DNA of 64,000 bases from an uncultured Chloroflexia bacterium (GCA_963765765.1 CAVXYC010000007.1:32001-96000); one strand, 5' to 3'. Counted from the stretch's first letter, positions 1-9,623 are shown. Notes: generated from the sequence alone by a model not told the origin. Translations and numbers: made by a program.

Positions 1-738
1 GCCATTACGTGGAACTTGATCACGTGGCACCTGGGACTTCCGTCCAGCTCCAGCCATGCGCTGGTCTTTAGCATCGTTGGTGCCGGCGTCGCCTCAGGCG
101 GTTGGAGGATCATCGATATTGATGGCGTGGAGAAGACGTTTCAAGGTCTCGTCTTTTCCCCCCTCCTGGGTTTCGGCGGCGCGTTTATTCTGATGCTCTT
201 CCTGCTGAACTTCTTTGCTAGGCACACGCCAGTCTTTGTGACTCGGTTCTTCGGTAAAGCCCAGCTTGTGTCTGCCGCGTATATGGCGTTCTCACACGGA
301 TCGAATGATGCCCAGAAGACGATGGGCGTTATTACGATGGCGCTGGCAGCTTACTACGGTTGGGAGGGCGCAGAATGGGCCGTTCCGACCTGGGTGATCA
401 TAGCGGCGGCCACGGCGATGGGGTTGGGCACCATGGTCGGTGGATGGCGAATCATCAAGACCATGGGGCTCAAAGTGGTGGAGCTTCGACCGATCCATGG
501 GTTCGCAGCGGAGACAGCCGCGGCCACGGTCATTGATATTGCCGGTCGGCTTGGCATCCCGGTGTCCACCACGCACACCATCAGCACCGCCATCATGGGT
601 GTGGGCGCCACCAAACGACTCTCGGCGGTGCGCTGGGGCGTAGCCTGCGACATCTTCATGGCCTGGGTGTTCACCATCCCCGCGTGCTTTATGCTGGCCT
701 GGGCAATCCAGTCAGTCCTCAAGCTGCTTGGATTCTAA
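1..738 (+). CDS. pit: Inorganic phosphate transporter, PiT family (5' end outside window)
   Basis: GLPSSSSHAL, HGSNDAQKTMG and GIPVSTTH PiT signature motifs; hydrophobic. Confidence 0.95.
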   Translation, partial: AITWNLITWHLGLPSSSSHALVFSIVGAGVASGGWRIIDIDGVEKTFQGLVFSPLLGFGGAFILMLFLLNFFARHTPVFVTRFFGKAQLVSAAYMAFSHGSNDAQKTMGVITMALAAYYGWEGAEWAVPTWVIIAAATAMGLGTMVGGWRIIKTMGLKVVELRPIHGFAAETAAATVIDIAGRLGIPVSTTHTISTAIMGVGATKRLSAVRWGVACDIFMAWVFTIPACFMLAWAIQSVLKLLGF

Positions 739-809
739 TCGAGACGACTTAGAGACACGCGAAACGCCCACGGGCGATCCACCCGAGTGGATGTCCACTT
801 AGCCTTCCA

Positions 810-960
810 CTAGCCCGGATTATTCACGGTATTGAGACCGCCTCGCAATAGACTTCTCGGACGCCGTCTGGTGCCGCTGTTGCGGAATGGGGCGGGGTGT
901 CGCACGGCGCGATTCGGGCGAGTTCGCCTATTGCGAACCCCGGTGAATAATCCGGGCTAG
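810..960. mobile_element. MITE-like element, possibly IS1380-family derived
   Basis: Perfect inverted repeat CTAG-CCCGGATTATTCAC (810-827) / GTGAATAATCCGGG-CTAG (943-960). CTAG on both sides is compatible with a 4-bp target duplication. Inner IR TCGCAATAG (843-851) / CTATTGCGA (928-936). No ORF. Family assignment is inference from the CCCGGATT ends. Confidence 0.7.
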
Positions 961-1166
961 AGGCCGCAAGCCGCCTGACGATCCTGATCCTGGTGCCCAA
1001 TGCGCTTTAAGCCAGCTGAAGCCGCTGTCCCTAGAGCGGCATCCTTTTGTCGATTCCGGTGCTTGCGCGGTGTCTAACGCAGGTCGCACCATTTCCTAAA
1101 TTCAAGAAATTGTCCTGATGCTGTTATGTAGCATGACATCAGATGAGAAGGATTGAGGAGGCCTGA

Positions 1167-1865
1167 GTGGCCAAGGTGCTCGTCGTGGACGACGAACCAA
1201 ATCTACTGCACACGCTGCGGTACAACTTGAAACAGTCTGGTTATGACGTGGTCATGGCGGCCACCGGTGATGAGGCCATTACCGTTGCCAGCCACGAGCG
1301 TCCAGATATCGTCATTCTGGACGTGATGCTGCCCGGGGTAGATGGATTCGAGGTCTGCCGCCGAATTCGTGCGGACTCCGCGGTACCGATTCTGATGCTG
1401 ACCGCGCGCACCGAGGAGATTGACCGAATTGTAGGACTCGAAGTGGGCGCGGACGACTACTTGACCAAACCGTTCTCCACGCGGGAGCTGCTTGCGCGAG
1501 TCAAAGCCATGCTGCGTCGACGCGAGATGATTCGGCGCGAGCTCACGGAGGCGCCGGCGGGTTCGGAGCGATTGGTGAGTGGTGACCTCGAGCTCGACGT
1601 GGCCGCCCACCGAGTGATGTTGGGAGATAGAAGTGTGGCACTCAAGCCGCGCGAATTTGAGCTTCTGACGTTCCTGATGAGGAATCGCGGACACCTCTTC
1701 TCAGCCGAGCAGCTTCTGGAACAAGTCTGGGGCTACATCGACACTAGTGATCCACGCACGGTTCCAGTACACATCCGCAGCTTGCGCGAGAAGATCGAGG
1801 AGCAGCCATCCCAGCCGCGACGAATTGAGACGGTCCGCGGCGTCGGATACCGATTCGTCGCGTGA
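1167..1865 (+). CDS. phoB: OmpR/PhoB-family response regulator
   Basis: VLVVDDE, LDVMLPG, GADDYLTKPF, C-terminal wHTH ETVRGVGY; context pit and phoR. Confidence 0.9.
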   Translation: MAKVLVVDDEPNLLHTLRYNLKQSGYDVVMAATGDEAITVASHERPDIVILDVMLPGVDGFEVCRRIRADSAVPILMLTARTEEIDRIVGLEVGADDYLTKPFSTRELLARVKAMLRRREMIRRELTEAPAGSERLVSGDLELDVAAHRVMLGDRSVALKPREFELLTFLMRNRGHLFSAEQLLEQVWGYIDTSDPRTVPVHIRSLREKIEEQPSQPRRIETVRGVGYRFVA

Positions 1866-3676
1866 ACGCTCCACGCGGCATGCAGTGGCGCATTGCCCTG
1901 AGCTATGTCACGCTGCTGGCGGTGGTCATGCTGGTGCTGGGCGCGTATCTCGTCCGATTTCTGCGCGAGCAGGAGTTCCGAAACCTCGAGGCGCAGCTCA
2001 CCCGGGAAGCCCAGGTCGTCGCCGCGGACGCGGTCTATCGCCTGGCAATGGGCGGCCCTGAGGCGCTCGATCCTTTCGCCAAGCAAATTGGGGACGTGAC
2101 CGAGCTGCGCGTCACGCTCATCGCACTTGACGGCCGGGTGCTCGGTGACTCCGATGTAGACCCCGCGCTGACCGAAAACCACGCGAGTCGGCCAGAATTC
2201 GTCGACGCGCTCCGGACAGGCCTCGGCGAAACGCAGCGTCACAGCGCCACGGTTGATCGCGACTTGCTGTATTTGGCTGTGCCCATGCGGGACGGAGATC
2301 GCTTGATGGGCGTGGCTCGCGTGGCACTGCCCAGCGTCATGCTTGAGGCGTCCATCAATCGCGTGGTGGTTGCCGTTGCCGCTGCCCTCTTTGCCGCGGC
2401 GTTGCTCGCCGTGGCGCTCGCTATGATCATCGCGCGAGCCATTGCGTTGCCGATTCAAGCTCTGACCGCCTCGGCCCATCGCCTCGCCCAGGGACTTCCC
2501 CACCGGCCATTGCCGGTTCACGCCGGTGGAGAGGTTGGTGAGCTAGCGGCAACCTTTAACGACATGGCTGAACGCGTTCGCGACAACGTGCGATCGATCG
2601 AGCAGCAGCGGGCTCAGCTGGCAGCCGTGCTGGCCAACATTCCGGATGGCGTCGTCATGCTGGATGACGAAGGCACGATCATGCTCATGAACTCAGCGGC
2701 CAAGCGCCTCCTTCACGTGAGTGGAAAGACGGTGGATGGACATACGCTCATTGAAATAACTCGTGACCATGAGCTGTCTGATCTCGGACTCAGCGCCATT
2801 CGACTCCATGCTCCCACCCGGCCGACACTTATTGAGCACGGGTCCGGTGAAGCTCGTCGCTCAATTCAGGCCGTCGGTGCACCGCTGCCCTCCGAGGCGT
2901 CGCCCAGTGCCGCCGCGCTGGTCGTCCTGCAGGACGTCACCGAGCTGCGACGCACCGAGATGATGCGGCGCGATTTCGTTGCGAACGTCTCGCATGAGCT
3001 CAGAACGCCCGTCGCCTCCGTCAAGGCCATGGTAGAAACGCTGGAAGAAGGTGCCCTCGCGGACCCTGGCGCCGCTCGCGATTTCCTGGCCCGTATCCAC
3101 GTGGAAGTGGATGACCTGACGCGATTGATCGAGGAGCTGCTCGAGCTGAGCCGCATTGAATCGGGCCGCGTTCAACTTTCCCGCGAGCCGCACGATCTTC
3201 GAAACACCGTTCGATCGGCTCTCCAGCGCCTTCAGGCACCCGCTGAACGACAGGGCGTGACCTTGACTCAGTCTGATCATGCCCAGCCGGCAATTGCTCT
3301 CATTGACGATGAACGAATTCAGCAGGTGTTGATGAACCTGATTCACAACGCGATCAAGGTGACCGAGCCCGGTGGCACAGTAAACGTCTCGATCATGGCT
3401 ACCGAGAATCGGGTCCAGGTCATCATTCGTGATAACGGCATAGGTATCGACCGGCAGGATCTCGGTCGGCTCTTTGAGCGGTTTTACAAAGTGGACAAAT
3501 CCCGCTCCAGCGGTGGGACAGGCCTAGGTCTGGCCATCGCGAAGCATCTCACACAAGCACACGGTGGACGCATCTGGGCCGAGTCCGCGGGACGCGGCCA
3601 GGGAGCTACGTTCACAGTGGAGCTTCCAGCGATGCGCTTGGCCCCTGCCAGGCGGAAGGCGGCCGCGGCATCGTAG
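1862..3676 (+). CDS. phoR: PhoR-like sensor histidine kinase (HAMP-PAS-HisKA-HATPase)
   Basis: DFVANVSHELRTP, NLIHNAIK, DNGIGI, FERFYKVDKSRS, GTGLGLAIAKH; GTGA overlap with regulator. Confidence 0.9.
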   Translation: MNAPRGMQWRIALSYVTLLAVVMLVLGAYLVRFLREQEFRNLEAQLTREAQVVAADAVYRLAMGGPEALDPFAKQIGDVTELRVTLIALDGRVLGDSDVDPALTENHASRPEFVDALRTGLGETQRHSATVDRDLLYLAVPMRDGDRLMGVARVALPSVMLEASINRVVVAVAAALFAAALLAVALAMIIARAIALPIQALTASAHRLAQGLPHRPLPVHAGGEVGELAATFNDMAERVRDNVRSIEQQRAQLAAVLANIPDGVVMLDDEGTIMLMNSAAKRLLHVSGKTVDGHTLIEITRDHELSDLGLSAIRLHAPTRPTLIEHGSGEARRSIQAVGAPLPSEASPSAAALVVLQDVTELRRTEMMRRDFVANVSHELRTPVASVKAMVETLEEGALADPGAARDFLARIHVEVDDLTRLIEELLELSRIESGRVQLSREPHDLRNTVRSALQRLQAPAERQGVTLTQSDHAQPAIALIDDERIQQVLMNLIHNAIKVTEPGGTVNVSIMATENRVQVIIRDNGIGIDRQDLGRLFERFYKVDKSRSSGGTGLGLAIAKHLTQAHGGRIWAESAGRGQGATFTVELPAMRLAPARRKAAAAS

Positions 3677-3899
3677 CATCGCCCTTAGCGTAGATTCGGG
3701 GACGACCCCACCTCAGCCCTCCCGCGCGGCAGGGAGGAGCCGGATTCTCCGTTTTCTAAGACACGAGAGGGCTCGGTTTCGCCGAGTCCTCCTCTGGATC
3801 TCGAATTCAGTGCATCGACACCAGCTTCTCGAACGCCGCCCTAACGTACTATCCGCCACGACCCCTGGGAGCGCTGTCCGGCCGCACGCTTCCGCGCCA

Positions 3900-3927
3900 A
3901 GTTCCGATAACCCCCATTATCGGCACC
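3900..3927 (+). repeat. dif/Xer-like palindromic site 1
   Basis: AGTTCCGATAA-CCCCCA-TTATCGGCACC; 11-6-11 architecture, repeated three more times in the island. Confidence 0.75.
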
Positions 3928-4022
3928 GGTGCCTGCCTAGGGGCTCAGCGAAAGACTGGGCAGATTGCTCGAGCGAGCTCACTCTGCGTTGTGGCACCAC
4001 GCGGGCGTACACTAGCGCCATC

Positions 4023-5047
4023 ATGATGCCACTCGGTCCGCCGGCACCCGTCGCCGCTTCCTGAGGGGTGGCCTGTCCGTGGCCGGCCTCGGTCTGCTGG
4101 CCGGCTGCGGGCTGCTCCCTCCCCAGGCCCCAACCTCCGAGCGGGTGCGCCTGATCGGGGTCCTCGGCGACGTGCCTGGCGGGCGTTGGGACGCGTTCTG
4201 GGATGGACTGCGGGAGCTGGGCTGGGTCGAGGGCCGGAACCTCGCCGTGGAGTCCCGCTGGGCCGAGGAGGAGACACCCAACGGTATCGGGCCCTCGCGA
4301 CCGAGCTCGTCGAGCGGAAGGTCGAGCTGATTGTAGTAGGGGCCTCGGTGGTGGCGGTCGCCGCCAAGCAGGCGACCGCCACCGTCCCACTCGTGGCGAT
4401 CCTGGTTAGCGGGGAGGCAATCGAGAGCGGGCTCGTCGACAACATCGCGCGGCCCGGCGGGAACATCACTGGGATTGCCGGCATAAGCGGGTCGCAACTG
4501 GAAGGCAAGCAGCTGCAACTCTTGAAGGAAGCGGTCCCGCACGCCTCCCGTGTAGCCGTGCTCCGCGGGCAATCCCGAGCCTTCTTCGAGCTCAGAGCGC
4601 CGCGTGCGGGCGCTCCAGGAGGCCGCGCCCGGCCTCGGGGTACACCTTCACGTCGTCGCCGCGCCGAACATCAGCGGCCTCGACGACGCGTTCGCGGCCA
4701 TGTCCACAGCCGGCGCTGATGCCCTCAAGATTCTCAACCACACCCAGTTCGGGACTGCGTTGGGACGCATCGCCGAGTTAGCGCGCCAGTATCGGCTGCC
4801 GGCTATCAGCGAATATCCGGACTTCGCTCGGGCGGGAGGCTTGCTGGCCTATGGCTTGAGTCGAGCCGAGATCTACCGGAGTGCAGCACCGTACGTGGAC
4901 AAAATCCTGCGAGGTGCCCGCCCTGGCGACCTGCCGATGGAGCGGCCGACGGACTTCGAGTTCGTGATTAACGTCGGGACAGCGCAGGCCCTCGGTCTGA
5001 CGATTCCTCAGCCGCTCCTTGCTGAAGCGACCGAGCTGATCCAGTGA
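4023..5047 (+). CDS. ABC transporter substrate-binding protein (ABC_sub_bind type), lipoprotein; frameshifted
   Basis: Pieces 4079-4330, 4186-4719, 4604-5047 join up: RRRFL..GLLAGC signal, GLRELGWVEGRNL, LVDNIARPGGNITG, GGLLAYG, YVDKILRGARPGDLPMERPT. Start approximate. Confidence 0.85.
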
Positions 5048-5152
5048 CCTCGTTCCAGTCCGGACTAACCGAGATCATCCATGAGGCGCATGCCTGATCC
5101 GCGCCGAAGCGGGCGGTATGGGCGTCGGGAAATGAGCTATCCACGCATCATT

Positions 5153-5180
5153 CGTTCCGATAACCCCCATTACCAGAACC
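5153..5180 (+). repeat. dif/Xer-like site 2
   Basis: CGTTCCGATAA-CCCCCA-TTACCAGAACC. Confidence 0.7.
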
Positions 5181-5233
5181 GCCGGATCCTGTAGCCCCTA
5201 TTACGAGACCAACTTGGCTGCAGCCCGTCATAG

Positions 5234-5872
5234 CTAAACGCGACAAAGCAGGGTCAACGACGCCAGAAGCAATTTGACTCGGCCCTGGATGTCATCTCGG
5301 ATCTCGCGTACCTGCTCGATTGGCAATCCTTCGGGATCGGCAATCTCCCAATCTTCGTAGCGCTTGAACGGGTACACCGGGCAGGCATCGCCGCACCCCA
5401 TCGTGACGATCACGTCGGCCACCTGGACGACTTCGTCCACCAATGGCTTCGGAAACTCGCGCGACAGGTCGAGCCCTACTTCAGACATAGCGCGGACCAC
5501 CACGGCATCGAGCTCCTCGGCGGGGGTGCTGCCAGCAGAATGCACACCCACGACTCCGTTGCTTAGATCGCGCAGAAAGGCCGCGGCCATCTGGGACCTA
5601 CCGGCGTTGCGGCTGCAGATGAACAGCACGTCGGCGCTTTCTTTCTCAAGAGGCTTCGCAAGACTTACGAGCGCTTTCAGCCGTTCGCGCGTGAAGCGGT
5701 AGACGAACATAGGGACGTAGTTCACGATCCGAACTTGTCCCAGGCATCTCTGGGACTCATAAGCACATTGTTCGATGGTCTCTTCCGAGAATGTCCCTCG
5801 AAATTCGTATGACAACCGCTCAATCTCCGCCTGGATCGCACGCTCGAGATGGAATTGGAACGGCTCGTTCAT
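5234..5872 (-). CDS. arsC: LMW-PTP-type arsenate reductase with N-terminal three-helix dimerisation domain
   Basis: CSRNAGRSQMA P-loop, TMGCGDACP, WEIADP; N-terminal extension like actinobacterial ArsC1'. Confidence 0.9.
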   Translation of the reverse strand: MNEPFQFHLERAIQAEIERLSYEFRGTFSEETIEQCAYESQRCLGQVRIVNYVPMFVYRFTRERLKALVSLAKPLEKESADVLFICSRNAGRSQMAAAFLRDLSNGVVGVHSAGSTPAEELDAVVVRAMSEVGLDLSREFPKPLVDEVVQVADVIVTMGCGDACPVYPFKRYEDWEIADPEGLPIEQVREIRDDIQGRVKLLLASLTLLCRV

Positions 5873-5926
5873 CGTTCCGTCCTCCCGCCGAGACACTTCG
5901 GCAAGCAGCCCTTCACTCCCATGGCA

Positions 5927-6351
5927 TCACTCCGACCCCAGAAACTCATCCGTGATCCGCTGGCGGATGGCATCGCGAACAGCGCGGTACATCTGCATCT
6001 GCTCCGCTTCGTTTCCCGTCGCTTTTGACGGATCCGGAAAGCTCCAGTGCAGTCGTCGCTTGGCGCCGAAAAACACGGGCAGGCCTCGTTGGCCTGATCG
6101 CACACCGTGATTACCGCGTCGAATGGCTGGTCGAGATAGCGGTCGAGTGTCTTGCTCTCCTGAGCGCTGATGTCGATATCCAGCTCGCCCATGGCCTTGA
6201 TGGCCAGCGGTCGCACGCGCGTGGCTTCCGTCCCCGCGGAATACACGTCAAACTGCTCCCCGCCGAGTCCTCGCAGGAGCCCCTCGGCCATCTGGGAGCG
6301 CGCCGAATTGTGGGTGCAGAGAAAGAGCACACGCTGTTTGGTACTCATCAT
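5927..6351 (-). CDS. arsC: LMW-PTP-type (thioredoxin-coupled) arsenate reductase; one frameshift near 6070
   Basis: [24 protein letters not shown], then in shifted frame [10 protein letters not shown]. Confidence 0.88.
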
Positions 6352-6383
6352 GGCTCACCTCCGTTCGTGACTCTGAACCGCGC

Positions 6384-7241
6384 CTATGCTGCGCGGATTG
6401 CATTGAGCTCATCGGTTCCTCCATTGCCTCGTCCGCCGTATGCGGCAGGAGCGATCTGATTCCGTACTGGTAGAGAGCTGCCCCCGCTACGGCCCCTAGA
6501 CATGGGCCCACAAGGTAGATCCAGAACCCGCCGCGGGGGCCAGGAATCGCGATGCTGCCAAATCCCACGGCCCAGGCGACCAGCCGGGGGCCAAGATCGC
6601 GGGCTGGATTCCATCCCGCCTGGGTGATGGGCGCAAAGAGGCAGATCAACAACGCCACTGTGAAGCCGATGAAGAACGGCACCATGCCCTCCGGCGTGAC
6701 GCGGTTCTTTGGATCCGTAAGGGCGAAGATCACCAACACCAGAATCGCCGTTCCGAATGCTTCCACAAGCATCGCCTCGAGCGGCGATGTCAACGCCTGG
6801 GCGTCGAGGCCCGTGCCGAAGATTGCTGGATTCGGGAAGTACTGGCCAAAGATCATCGCCGCGCGCTCGCTGCCTGGCGCTCCGCGGGTGAGCCCCTCCT
6901 TGGCCTCGAAACGCGCAAGGATACGGCCCCCAGACAACGAAAACAACCAGTCCGGCGGCGATGGCGCCCACGAACTGCGCGAGCCAGTACGGAAGCATCC
7001 GTCGGGCCGGGAAATCATCGCGACGGAATAGCGCAACTGCCAGCGTCACCGCCGGATTCAAATGAGCGCCCGAAAGCGTGGCTGAGCAATAGATCGCCAG
7101 GGACACGCCAAAGCCCCAGACAACGGCCACCTGCCACAACCCCTGGAGCGCTCCCGTGAGCACGGCCGTGGCCACGGAGCCGATCCCGAACAAAACCATC
7201 AGAAAGGTGCCCAGGCACTCGCCTGTCAGCGCGGCTCGCAT
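6384..7241 (-). CDS. MIP-family aquaglyceroporin (GlpF/AqpS-like); frameshifted
   Basis: SGAHLNPAVT and WNPARDLGPRL NPA motifs split over ORFs 6384-7241 and 6248-7036. Confidence 0.88.
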   Translation of the reverse strand: MRAALTGECLGTFLMVLFGIGSVATAVLTGALQGLWQVAVVWGFGVSLAIYCSATLSGAHLNPAVTLAVALFRRDDFPARRMLPYWLAQFVGAIAAGLVVFVVWGPYPCAFRGQGGAHPRSARQRARGDDLWPVLPESSNLRHGPRRPGVDIAARGDACGSIRNGDSGVGDLRPYGSKEPRHAGGHGAVLHRLHSGVVDLPLCAHHPGGMESSPRSWPPAGRLGRGIWQHRDSWPPRRVLDLPCGPMSRGRSGGSSLPVRNQIAPAAYGGRGNGGTDELNAIRAA

Positions 7242-7311
7242 AGCACCGACGCATCAATGGGTGTTGATATATGAGCCCGAAGAAAGCGGATGGCACTCAT
7301 TTGGTCTATAC

Positions 7312-7676
7312 CTACGAACAACCCGCCGGCCCGCACTCGGCCGTGCGGTCGCCAATCGTGGCTGGATCGAACAGCCCGGTCAGCTCCTGGTGGATCAGGG
7401 CGAGCCGGTCAGCGTCAACGCGGTAATAGATCCAGCGCTGATCCACTGGATCCCGTCGTCCTTGCACCAGGCCGGCATTGCGGAATTGGCGCAGGTGGTG
7501 GCTTATCAGATTCTGCGGCAGCTCGAGCTGTTCGGCCAGTTCACAGTTGCAGATTTCACCCGCCATAAGCGCGAGGAAAATACGGCGCCGCGTCGGATCG
7601 CTGATCAGCCGCAAGAACTCTGCGGAGGTCGGCGAAGCATCCGGCCGCTGGGTAGTGAGACGGGTAATTCAACCAT
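7312..7676 (-). CDS. arsR: ArsR/SmtB-family repressor (N-terminal frameshift)
   Basis: DPTRRRI, EICNCEL, ISHHLRQFRNAGLV, RWIYY; heads the ars operon. Confidence 0.88.
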
Positions 7677-7736
7677 TATTGATATTGTGCGCCGAATCAC
7701 AGCTAGAGTGCAAATCACCTGACCTTGACCGCTCTT

Positions 7737-7756
7737 ATATAGACATTCATCGATAT
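7737..7756. promoter_or_regulatory. Candidate ArsR operator
   Basis: Imperfect palindrome ATATAGA-CATTCA-TCGATAT in the AT-rich region upstream of arsR. Confidence 0.5.
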
Positions 7757-7797
7757 TATCCCCTTGAAGGCGGTATAATTTGACCAACAGGGACGCA

Positions 7798-8592
7798 TCA
7801 GCTACGCCATGCGACCTCTCTGATGACGTCTTCTACGCATCGGAGTTGTTCACGCAAACAATCGGGGACCGGCTCGTTCGGGGCAAGTCCCTCGCTGAAG
7901 GCTACGCCCAGCGTCACTATGGGCTTCATATCCACTTGGCCCCTGCTACCGAACTGAAACAGCAGTTCTGGTGTATTCAGCTTGAGCGGTCCTCCGGGAT
8001 GGACATACTCCCAGTCCGGGAGGATGGCGGCTCCATCGTGGCCGACAGCGAGGTTTTCAAGATCGATGACCGCCAGATTCAGATTCTTGTGCTTGTCGTC
8101 GATGTCCATCGAGTGAAGCTGGGCGAGTCGTTCTCGGCTGGGCAGGAAAGCATCCGCATCGGAAAACTCTTGATACGGCTGCAAGCTCTCGATGAATGCT
8201 TGTACGGCATCGGGAAGCAAGCGGACCGCGTACTTGCCGCATGTTCGTTGCAGGGCACCCTTCTTGTCCCGTTTCTCCCAATTACCTTTGTGGGACAGGA
8301 TTGGAAACGCTGTCCACTCGGGGGCAGATTCCCGCCTGCTCGAAATTTCGTAGACGATGTGATCCAGAGCGGATCGCATGTTGTGGACGGCATCGCCGGC
8401 GGCCAGAGCGATGTGATCGGGCAGTTCCTCCGAGAGCTTGATCCACACGCGCAATTTCCCCGGCTCACTCTCGGTATCCGGGATGATTTGGCAGGGTTCT
8501 CCTTGGATGAACTCGGTGGCTGCGGTTACCGCGTCCGTGAAGTGCTTGTATGCCCGATTGACCTTGAGTCGCCACGAAGGTACGGTGCTCAT
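7798..8592 (-). CDS. Hypothetical protein
   Basis: 264-aa ORF with GDAVHNMRSALDH and DIDDKHK motifs; globular, protein-like composition. Confidence 0.7.
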   Translation of the reverse strand: MSTVPSWRLKVNRAYKHFTDAVTAATEFIQGEPCQIIPDTESEPGKLRVWIKLSEELPDHIALAAGDAVHNMRSALDHIVYEISSRRESAPEWTAFPILSHKGNWEKRDKKGALQRTCGKYAVRLLPDAVQAFIESLQPYQEFSDADAFLPSRERLAQLHSMDIDDKHKNLNLAVIDLENLAVGHDGAAILPDWEYVHPGGPLKLNTPELLFQFGSRGQVDMKPIVTLGVAFSEGLAPNEPVPDCLREQLRCVEDVIREVAWRS

Positions 8593-8633
8593 GCTTTGAT
8601 GTGTCTCGCATCGTGAACGGGGTGGAGTTTGCG

Positions 8634-8918
8634 ATGTCCCAGCAAGTCATAGTGTATTCACAACCGGGTTGAATGTTCTGTAACAAGGTGAAAGAGTTTC
8701 TTCCCAACGAGGCGTGAATTACGTTGAACGAAACGTCGCGGAAGATGAGCAGGCGCTGGAAGAGCTGACGGCGCTTGGCTATATGACGACTCCGGTGGTG
8801 AAAAATCGACGACCACTTAGTGATCGGCTTCGATCGTGCTCGTCTCGAGGAATTGCTCGCTAAGAGGGCTTCCCTCGCTTTCTGTGGCGGTCGCGGTCGT
8901 GGTCGCGACAGATCGTAG
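8634..8918 (+). CDS. Glutaredoxin/NrdH-like redoxin with in-frame UGA (probable selenocysteine, UxxC); absent from ORF track
   Basis: GGAG RBS (8624-8627), then MSQQVIVYSQPG[TGA 8670-8672]MFCNKVKEFL..RGVNYVERNVAEDEQALEEL..LGYMTTPVV.IDDHLVIGFDRARLEELL. Two compensating homopolymer indels (~8702, ~8805). True stop may be near 8863. Confidence 0.8.
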
Positions 8919-8989
8919 TCTCCAAAACGGAAGCATCTAATTTCTCTGTCATCCAACTATCCGCGCCTGTCGAATACTTACTGTCCGCG

Positions 8990-9194
8990 CCGCCGTACGC
9001 GGCATACACTCGTCCGAAGTCGGGTCGGACTGGAATGTCGGGATGACTCCGTAGGCGACCAGTACCATGGCCCCTATAAGCCCAAAAGGCCATGGGCGTC
9101 CTTCCCGCAACCACTGCCACACCAGCCAGCCGCCGCCGATTTCCGCGAGGCCCGCCAGCGCGAAGAGCGCCAGGGCGCGGGCAATGTCAGGCAT
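8990..9194 (-). pseudogene. ynfA: YnfA/UPF0060 small membrane protein, 3'-truncated
   Basis: [23 protein letters not shown]...[10 protein letters not shown], then similarity stops. Confidence 0.75.
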
Positions 9195-9592
9195 GGTGGC
9201 CGAGCTGCTGCATGCGGTCCCAGGTGTCTTCCAGGCTCCAAACCTCTGATAAGCGCCCGTCCAGCACGCGGAAGATGAAGATTTCGTGCACTCGCTCCAT
9301 GCGCTTGCCCGTCGCAGGCTGGCCGATGAATGGTCCCCGCCTGGGTCCCCGAGCATGTGCAATGGGCCACGACCCGATCGCCTTCCACGATGAGTTCGAC
9401 GATGTCCTGACGCCAATCTGGAAACGCTTGAAGGAATTCGGTAAACGCGTCTCTGAAACGGTCTGCAAGCGCCGGCGCGCATAGTTCCTCGAGCACTTCG
9501 AATCGTCGCTCGTTCATTGCCTCCTGAACCAAGCGGCGGACAAGGGCCTTATTTGACTCGGTTTCCAACATCTCTCGCTCAGGAGTGTTCAT
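9187..9592 (-). CDS. SnoaL-like ester cyclase (NTF2 fold); frameshifted
   Basis: NKALVRR, AFPDW, IVEGDRV, SGT..G.F.GQPATGK. Confidence 0.8.
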
Positions 9593-9623
9593 GCGCCTAT
9601 TGTTGCCTATAGCTACTGTGGTT

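Noticed and set aside
7780-8616. 278-aa plus-strand ORF and other long antisense or shifted ORFs (e.g. 1733-2521, 40169-41038, 43506-44645)
   Set aside because: They are shadows of better-supported genes in GC-rich DNA, with no motifs
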